From positions 186,001-250,000 of the forward strand of contig NIVC01001342.1 of the NCBI GenBank assembly GCA_002269645.1: DNA of 64,000 bases, written 5' to 3'. This document shows, piece by piece, positions 56,570-64,000 of this stretch. How positions within the stretch are numbered: the first letter of the stretch is position 1; every line of letters begins with the position of its first letter. The notes beneath the pieces were generated by a model. The model did not search any database. It saw only the letters and a program-made list of their open reading frames with translations, and was not told the origin of the DNA. Position numbers and translations under genes: made by a program. Origin of the DNA: Macrostomum lignano (lineage: Eukaryota).

Positions 56570-57330
56570 CATGCTAATAGGCTAATTCAGTATCTAATTG
56601 ACAGTCTAATAGGCTAATTCAGTATCAAATTGACAGGCTAATAGGCTAATTCATTATCTAATTGACAGGCTAATAGGCTAATTCATTATCTAATTGACAG
56701 TCTAATAGGCTAATTCAGTATCAAATTGACAGGCTAATAGGCTAATTCATTATCTAATTGACAGGCTAATAGGCTAATTCAGTATCTAATTGACAGGCTA
56801 ATAGGCTAATTCAGTATCAAATTGACATATAAATAGGCTAATTCAGTATCTAATTGTCAGGCTGATAGGCTAATTCAGTATCTAATTGACAGGCTAATAG
56901 GCTAATTCATTATCTAATTGACAGGCTAATAGGCTAATTCAGTATCTAATTGACAGGCTAATAGGCTAATTCAGTATCAAATTGACATATAAATAGGCTA
57001 ATTCAGTATCTAATTGTCAGGCTGATAGGCTAATTCAGTATCTAATTGACAGTCTAATAGGCTAATTCAGTATCCAATTGTCAGGCTAATAGGCTAATTC
57101 AGTATCAAATTGACAGGCTAATAGGCTAATTCATTATCTAATTGACAGGCTAATAGGCTAATTCAGTATCAAATTGACATTCTAATAGGCTAATTCAGTA
57201 TCAAATTGACAGACTAATAGGCTAATCTAACTCCTATTTGACATGCTAATCGCCTAATTCATTCTCTAATTGACAGGCTAATAGCCTAATTCATTCTCTA
57301 ATCGATGAAATGCTAATAGGCTAATTCATA
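56570..57330. repeat. 32-bp AT-rich intergenic minisatellite
   Basis: (ATAGGCTAATTCAGTATCTAATTGACAGGCTA)n. Confidence 0.95.
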
Positions 57331-57536
57331 CTGTAATTGACAGTCGAATAAAATAGTTTATTACTTCATTTTTAGGCCAATGAAAAGCAAAGCTCGAGTG
57401 AAACCTGAAAGACAGCGGCGTGCATGCAAATAAAACACAAAAAGCAAAGAAATCAGGAAAATCTGGATTAAAAACAGCTGAGTCTGAATCAACTTGGCAG
57501 GCAATTCTGCAGCCAAAAAGCCAGTCAAAATGAGGG

Positions 57537-60445
57537 TCACTCGTGCTTGAAGTGCTTGCTGGCCGAGTCCGACGGCTTCCTGCAGTGGCCGCCACCACCT
57601 CCGCCGACGCCGCCCGCCTCCTCGGCAGCCGCGGCGGCCGGCAGGTTGGCCAGCGGGTCGGCGGGCTGCAGCGGCGCGGGCTCGTGGTAGAACTTGCTCA
57701 GGATGGACTCAGGAGTCTGCGTGTACTTGATCAGCATTGATGGGGAGCGAAACAGGTACAGCAGCTTGGCGAACAGCTCCTCCTCCAGTTCGAGCTCCTG
57801 GGACTCGCGGACCAAGTAGATGTCGTGCAGCAGAGCCAGGAGCCGATCCACGTGCGGCATGTCCACGTACATGACCAGGTAGTGGCGGGGGATGATGCCC
57901 GCCCGCAGCACCCGCGCGATGGAGATCACGAACACGGACAGGATGCCGTACATGCCCACCTTCTGGATGGCCTGTGGGACAGGGGGTGGGGGCGGTTTGG
58001 CGTTGTCATAGCAACAGCACAAGTGACATAGCAGTTGAATACGAAACAGTATTCTACACTGCATAGCGACCAGTCAGCATACAACTGCATAGCGACTACA
58101 ATGGAAACCACTGCATAGTAACCAGAATAGCAGCCACTGCATAGCAACCAACATAGAAGCTACTGCATAGCAACCAGCATAGAAACCACTGCATAGCAAC
58201 CAGCCTAAAAACCACGCCATAGCAACCAGCATGGAAACCACTGCATAACAACCAGCATGGAAACCACTGCATAGCAACCAGCCTAGAAGCCATAGCAACC
58301 AGCATAACAACCGCTGTATAGCAACCAGCATAACAACCGCTGCATAGCAACCACTGGATGGCAACAGCATAGCAACTATAATAGCACTCCTCTAACCTGA
58401 ATAAGCCGGTTCTCAGACTTGGACCGCTCCGAGAAGAACACCAGCCGCAGAATGTTGTGCATGTCGGCCTGGCCCACCTGCCTGCCCGTGCGGTTCATCG
58501 GGCACAGAAAGTTGCCGCTGTAGATGTCCTGCAGCTCCCACCAGGACACGCTGTTCTCGTCAGATCGTAGGTCAGCCTGAAGAGCACCAATTCAGAGTTG
58601 CTTTATTGACTCAGGGGATTAGTGAATGCTTTTCAATGTAAATGTGAGCAGCAGTGATCACAGGTGAGACCCAATGACACCGGTGAATGGTGCCGAGATC
58701 ACAGGTGAGACCCAATGACACCGGTGAATGGTGCCGAGATCACAGGTGAGACCCAATGACACCGGTGAATGGAATGGAGATCACAGGTGAGACCCAATGA
58801 CAACGGTGAATGGAATGGAGATCACAGGTGAGACCCTATGGCACCGGTGAATGGAATGGAGATAACAGGTGAGACCTAATGACAACGGTGAATGGAATGG
58901 AGATTACAGGTGAGACCCTATGGCACCGGTGAATGGAATGGAGATCACAGGTGAGACCCTATGGCACCGGTGAATGGAATGGAGATAACAGGTGAGACCT
59001 AATGACAACGGTGAATGGAATGGAGATCACAGGTGAGACCCAATGACAACGGTGAATGGAATGGAGATCACAGGTGAGACCCAATGACAACGGTGAATGG
59101 AATGGAGATCACAGGTGAGACCCAATGACAACGGTGAATGGAATGGAGATAACAGATGAGACCCAATGACAACGGTGAATGGAATGGAGATCGCAGGTGA
59201 GACCCAATGACAACGGTGAATGGAATGGAGATCACAGGTGAGACCTAATGACAACGGTGAATGGAATGGAGATAACAGATGAGACCCAATGACAACGGTG
59301 AATGGAATGGAGATCACAGGTGAGCAACCGGTGTCACCTGAATGTCAATCCTGCTGGTGTTGAGCTTCTTAGCGGGCAGGCTGTTGCTCAGCGGCTCCAT
59401 GCCACCAGAGGGGTCGCTGCTGAGCAGGAGGAAGCGGTCGCCAATCTGGTGGAAGGTGACGGAGGCGTTGGCGGCCGAGCTGTTGAGCACCCGGATGAGG
59501 CTCTCCCGCACAGGGGTGCCGAACCCAAGCTCCCGTTCGAACACTTTCTTTCTCGAGACGCCGCCGTCCTTGGAGCGGAGGCACTCGAGCTTGAAGAAGA
59601 GCCGCACGGTGCTGCGGTTGTTGCCGAGCTCCTTGCTGAGGGCGCGGCGCGACGGCGGCGTGATGGTCCACAGCACGCTGGACATGCCGTCGAACTCCAC
59701 AATGTAGGCGGTGGTGGACTGCAGCAGGTGGCCCATGCGCTTGTCCGCCTCCTGGGGAGCGGGTAGGGGAGTTGAAGGAGCCGGCTAAGGCCTAAGGATA
59801 AAATTCTCCCCAGCATTAGATCTAGAGATATAATAAAATCAGTTTTAGCATGTTGTTGCAGAGTTAAATAGGAGCGATGCTCAAACTGCTCTACTATAAG
59901 TAGGTCTGTAATGCGTTTTATCAGTCTCAGTTTTAAATAGCAGTAAACAGTTGACGAGAAATAAAGCATTTTATGAGAATTATAAGCGCACTCACTCGGT
60001 CAAATGAGGCTCCATCTCGGATATAAATTGTTGCTATGCTCAGCCTGAATATAAGCTATAGGCGCAGTTATAACACAATGCCATTGTTACCTGGTGGTAG
60101 GCGGGCCTGCCTAGGCGAAAGGGGTCTGACTGCTACGGGATGGAGGGGGTGGGGGAAGCTGCGGAGCTGCATCGGTACTGTTTTTCATTATTCAGCACAA
60201 GGCGGATGCGACATGCAGATGGCAGATTGGCTCAACTGGGTTTGTGAAAATTAAGCAGCAGAAATAAAAATTCAAGGCGGCTCAATCTGTGCGCTCACGA
60301 GCGGCCTGCGGATCTCATGACAGCTCATCTCAGCGTGAAACGACCCGGATCTCAATATGTAAGACATGTTAATGCGGCATGCTTTTTCCAGAAAAGCTAC
60401 CAATTATCAAATTCTAGGAAATTAAAAATTAAGCCTGTTAGTGTG

Positions 60446-60482
<37 letters not shown>

Positions 60483-60505
60483 GTCTGCCTGTCTTAGTGT
60501 CTTAG

Positions 60506-60540
<35 letters not shown>

Positions 60541-60611
60541 GTCTGTCTTAGTGTCTGTCTGTCTGTCTGTCTTAGTGTCTGTCTCTGTCTGTGTCTGTCT
60601 GTCTGTCTTAC

Positions 60612-60674
<63 letters not shown>

Positions 60675-60926
60675 GTCTGTCTGTCTGTCTGTCTCTGTCT
60701 GCCTGTCTTAGTGTCTGTCTGTCTGTCTGTCTGTCTTAGTGTCTGTCTCTGTCTGTGTCTGTCTAGTGTCTGTCTTAGTGTCTGTCTGTCTGTCTGTCTT
60801 AGTGTCTGTCTCTGTCTGTGTCTGTCTTAGTGTCTGTCTGTCTGTCTTAGTGTCTGTCTCTGTCTGTCTCTGTCTTAGTGTCTGTCTCTGTCTGTCTCTG
60901 TCTTAGTGTCTGTCTGTCTGTCTTAC

Positions 60927-60973
<47 letters not shown>

Positions 60974-61171
60974 GTCTGTCTGTCTGTCTGTCGCTGTCTG
61001 CCTGTCTTAGTGTCTGTCTGTCTGTCTGTCTGTCTTAGTGTCTGTCTCTGTCTGTGTCTGTCTAGTGTCTGTCTTAGTGTCTGTCTGTCTGTCTGTCTTA
61101 GTGTCTGTCTTAGTGTCTGTCTGTCTGTCTTAGTGTCTGTCTCTGTCTTAGTGTCTGTCTGTCTGTCTTAC

Positions 61172-61246
<75 letters not shown>

Positions 61247-61456
61247 GTCTGTCTGTCTGTCTGTCTCTGTCTGCCTGTCTTAGTGTCTGTCTGTCTGTCT
61301 GTCTGTCTTAGTGTCTGTCTCTGTCTGTGTCTGTCTAGTGTCTGTCTTAGTGTCTGTCTGTCTGTCTTAGTGTCTGTCTCTGTCTGTGTCTGTCTTAGTG
61401 TCTGTCTGTCTGTCTTACTGTCTGTCTCTGTCTTAGTGTCTGTCTGTCTGTCTTAC

Positions 61457-61515
<59 letters not shown>

Positions 61516-61538
61516 GTCTGTCTGTCTGTCTGTCTTAG

Positions 61539-61577
<39 letters not shown>

Positions 61578-63978
61578 ATGTCTGCCCACCCGCAGGCACA
61601 CACCTCGCCCTTCTTAGCGAAGCAGTCGTGCACGAAGGTCCGGTTCTCCTGCGTGAAGCCCTTCACGCTGGTTGTCCGCAGGGTGTACAGCGGTGTAAAG
61701 GAGCCGATGGACAGCTCAGAGGTGCACGAGGTCACGTGATTGATCTCCAAGAAGACGTTGCTCATCACGGAGAACCAGAGCACGGGCGCCCAGATGCAGG
61801 CCACGATGAGGGCAATGAGCCAGAATCCCGGACAGTACTTGTAGCAAGGTGTCCGGTTCTTGGCCCGCTCCGTGGGGTAGTCGATCTCGGCCCGGCGCCA
61901 GCACTTCGACACGAAGATGACGCTGTAGATGTCCTCAACCAGCAGCCAGTGGGAGATGCTGAGCGCAGTGTTGGTGAGCATCCAGTCCATGACAGACCGC
62001 AGCTCGAACAGGAACGGAATGATGAGGTAGATCTTGAATGAGAACAGGTTCAGGTAGTTCTGCCGCTTGCAGATGAAGTTGCCAAGGACGCGCGACGGGT
62101 AGCCCGAGAGGATCTGATAGGCTGACAGGGCGAAGTACACGCACTTGGAGGCGTAGAACATCTTGATCACCCAGCTGCGGGACACGTAATCGGCTCTGCG
62201 GGGGCGGCGGGACGGTTAAAAGTACATTTCAGACAGGATATTTAAATATCCACTTCATTTCATAGTTTTACCACCGCTACTGAGCTGTGATCAGTAATGG
62301 AATTTTGAACCAGTGTTGGGATTATTGGGATCAGTGTTGGGATTATTGGGATCAGAGTTGGGATTATTGGGATCAGTGTTGGGATTATTGGGATCAGTGT
62401 TGGGTTATTGGGATCAGTGTTGGGATTATTGGGATCAGTGATGGGATTATTGGGATCAGTGTTGGGATTATTGGGATCAGAGTTGGGATTATTGGGATCA
62501 GTGTTGGGATTATTGGGATCAGTGTTGGGTTATTGGGATCAGTGTTGGGTTATTGGGATCAGAGTTGGGATTATTGGTATCAGTGTTGTGATTATTGGGA
62601 TCAGTGTTGTGATTATTGGGATCAGAGTTGGGATTATTGGGATTAGTGTGTTGGGATTATTGGGATCAGTGTTGGGATTATTGGGATCAGTGATGGGATT
62701 ATTGGGATCAGAGTTGGGATTACTGGGATCAGAGTTGGGATTATTGGGATCAGTGTTGGGATTATTGGGATCAGAGTTGGGATTATTGGGATCAGAGTTG
62801 GGATTATTGGTATCAGTGTTGTCATTATTGGGATCAGTGTTGGGATTATTGGGATCAGAGTTAGAATTATTGGGATTAGTGTGTTGGGATTATTGGGATC
62901 AGTGTTGGGATTATTGGGATCAGAGTTGGGATTATTGGGACGAGTGATGGGATTATTGGGACTAGTGATTGGATTATTGGGACTAGTGATGGAATTATTG
63001 GGATTAGTGTGTTGGGATTATTGGGATCAGTGTTGGGATTATTGGGATCAGAGTTGGGATTATTGGGATCAGTGTTGGGATTACTGGGATCAGTGATGGG
63101 ATTATTGGGATCAGTGTTGGGATTATTGGGATCAGTGTTGGGATTATTGGGATCAGAGTTGGGATTATTGGGACGAGTGATGGGATTATTGGGACTAGTG
63201 ATTGGATTATTGGGACTAGTGATGGAATTATTGGGATTAGTGTGTTGGGATTATTGGGATCAGTGTTGGGATTATTGGGATCAGAGTTGGGATTATTGGG
63301 ATCAGTGTTGGGATTACTGGGATCAGTGATGGGATTATTGGGATCAGTGTTGGGATTATTGGGATCAGTGTTGGGATTATTGGGATCTATCTTGGCATTT
63401 TAAGATCAGAGTTAGGATTGCGGAATCAGAAATAAAGCTCCAACGCTCACGAGGTCATGTAGGGCAGGATGAACTTCAGGTAGACGTGCAGCAAAGTCAC
63501 ATGCAGCAGGTGAAAGAAGAATTTGCCCCGCCTGGAGCGGGTGAGGAAGAGGCCGCGGTCCACCAGCAGCATGGTGAACTGCACGAACATGGTCAGCGTG
63601 AGAGTCAGCGGGATCTGCGCGAGTTGAAGGATTTATTTGGTTATTAAAATGCTTGCACTACTACTTAGCGAGTAGAGCAGCGAGAGCCTCACCTCCTCCT
63701 TGGAGATGTAGGTGATGATGTTCTCGTCCTCGACTCGGCCGGGGCCAGCGAAGCCGGCCGTGTAGCCGAAGAAGATGATGAGCAACGACACGAACTCGCT
63801 GATGAACATCCAGGAGTACAGGTCCACCCGCACCGAGATGTTCGGGTCCGCGATCTTCTTGAAGAACTCGCGAAACGGATGGCAGGTCAGGCAGCTCAGC
63901 AGGCAGGAGGTCGGGTAGGAGGACTTGGACCGGCGCCCGCTGCGATGCTGGGGGGGGGGGAGCGGGAGCTGCTGCTGC
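57537..63978 (-). CDS. PIEZO: Piezo-type mechanosensitive channel, last six exons (63978-63693, 63614-63451, 62195-61604, 59751-59338, 58576-58397, 57971-57537); 5' part beyond the window
   Basis: [33 protein letters not shown] (PFxxExxxxxxW signature), [50 protein letters not shown]. All junctions are GT-AG and frame-consistent (phases 2,0,2,0,0,0). Confidence 0.97.
58020..58380. repeat. Imperfect CCACTGCATAGCAACCAGCAT-type intronic repeat
   Basis: Direct reading. Confidence 0.85.
58660..59325. repeat. 41-bp intronic minisatellite
   Basis: (GATCACAGGTGAGACCCAATGACAACGGTGAATGGAATGGA)n. Confidence 0.95.
60445..61580. repeat. (TCTG)n-derived intronic microsatellite
   Basis: Direct reading. 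Confidence 0.97.
62295..63390. repeat. 21-bp intronic minisatellite
   Basis: (GGGATTATTGGGATCAGTGTT)n. Confidence 0.97.
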
Positions 63979-64000
63979 CTGTTGCACAATTATCCAACCT

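Noticed and set aside
43790-63390. Regular short repeats as CRISPR arrays
   Set aside because: The units are head-to-tail with no unique spacers, there are no cas genes, and the context is eukaryotic.

Overview
Eukaryotic (metazoan) genomic DNA, not prokaryotic: it has spliceosomal introns, LTR, LINE and mariner elements, and dozens of micro/minisatellites. The GC-rich exons with satellite-stuffed introns resemble a flatworm such as Macrostomum (inference only). 1-3.8 kb: 5' part of a Ty3/Gypsy LTR retrotransposon (minus) with a -1 frameshift signal and one nonsense codon in RT. 4-43.5 kb: a segmentally duplicated cluster of intronless minus-strand genes. Gene A (1841 aa) joins a CBM20-like domain, an IFIT-like TPR region, a helical repeat, a putative HEPN-like domain and a ~650-aa RGG tail. 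Paralogs B (900 aa) and C (649 aa) carry 5 and 3 CBM20-like domains in front of an unrecognised, highly conserved C-terminal domain. The cluster also holds two alternating-ankyrin-repeat genes, a mariner relic, a 5'-truncated LINE with TSD and a frameshifted parvovirus/Polinton-type PLA2 gene. 45-64 kb: a small secreted-protein gene, an F-type lectin+PAN gene, a RIOK3-like gene that has lost its catalytic residues, and the last six exons of a Piezo channel, all interleaved with satellites. The best candidate for a new system is the A/B/C cluster: an invertebrate IFIT-like RNA sensor fused to a possible RNase and sharing a repurposed CBM20-like module with unknown effector paralogs. All family assignments come from motif recognition by eye and need profile/structure searches.
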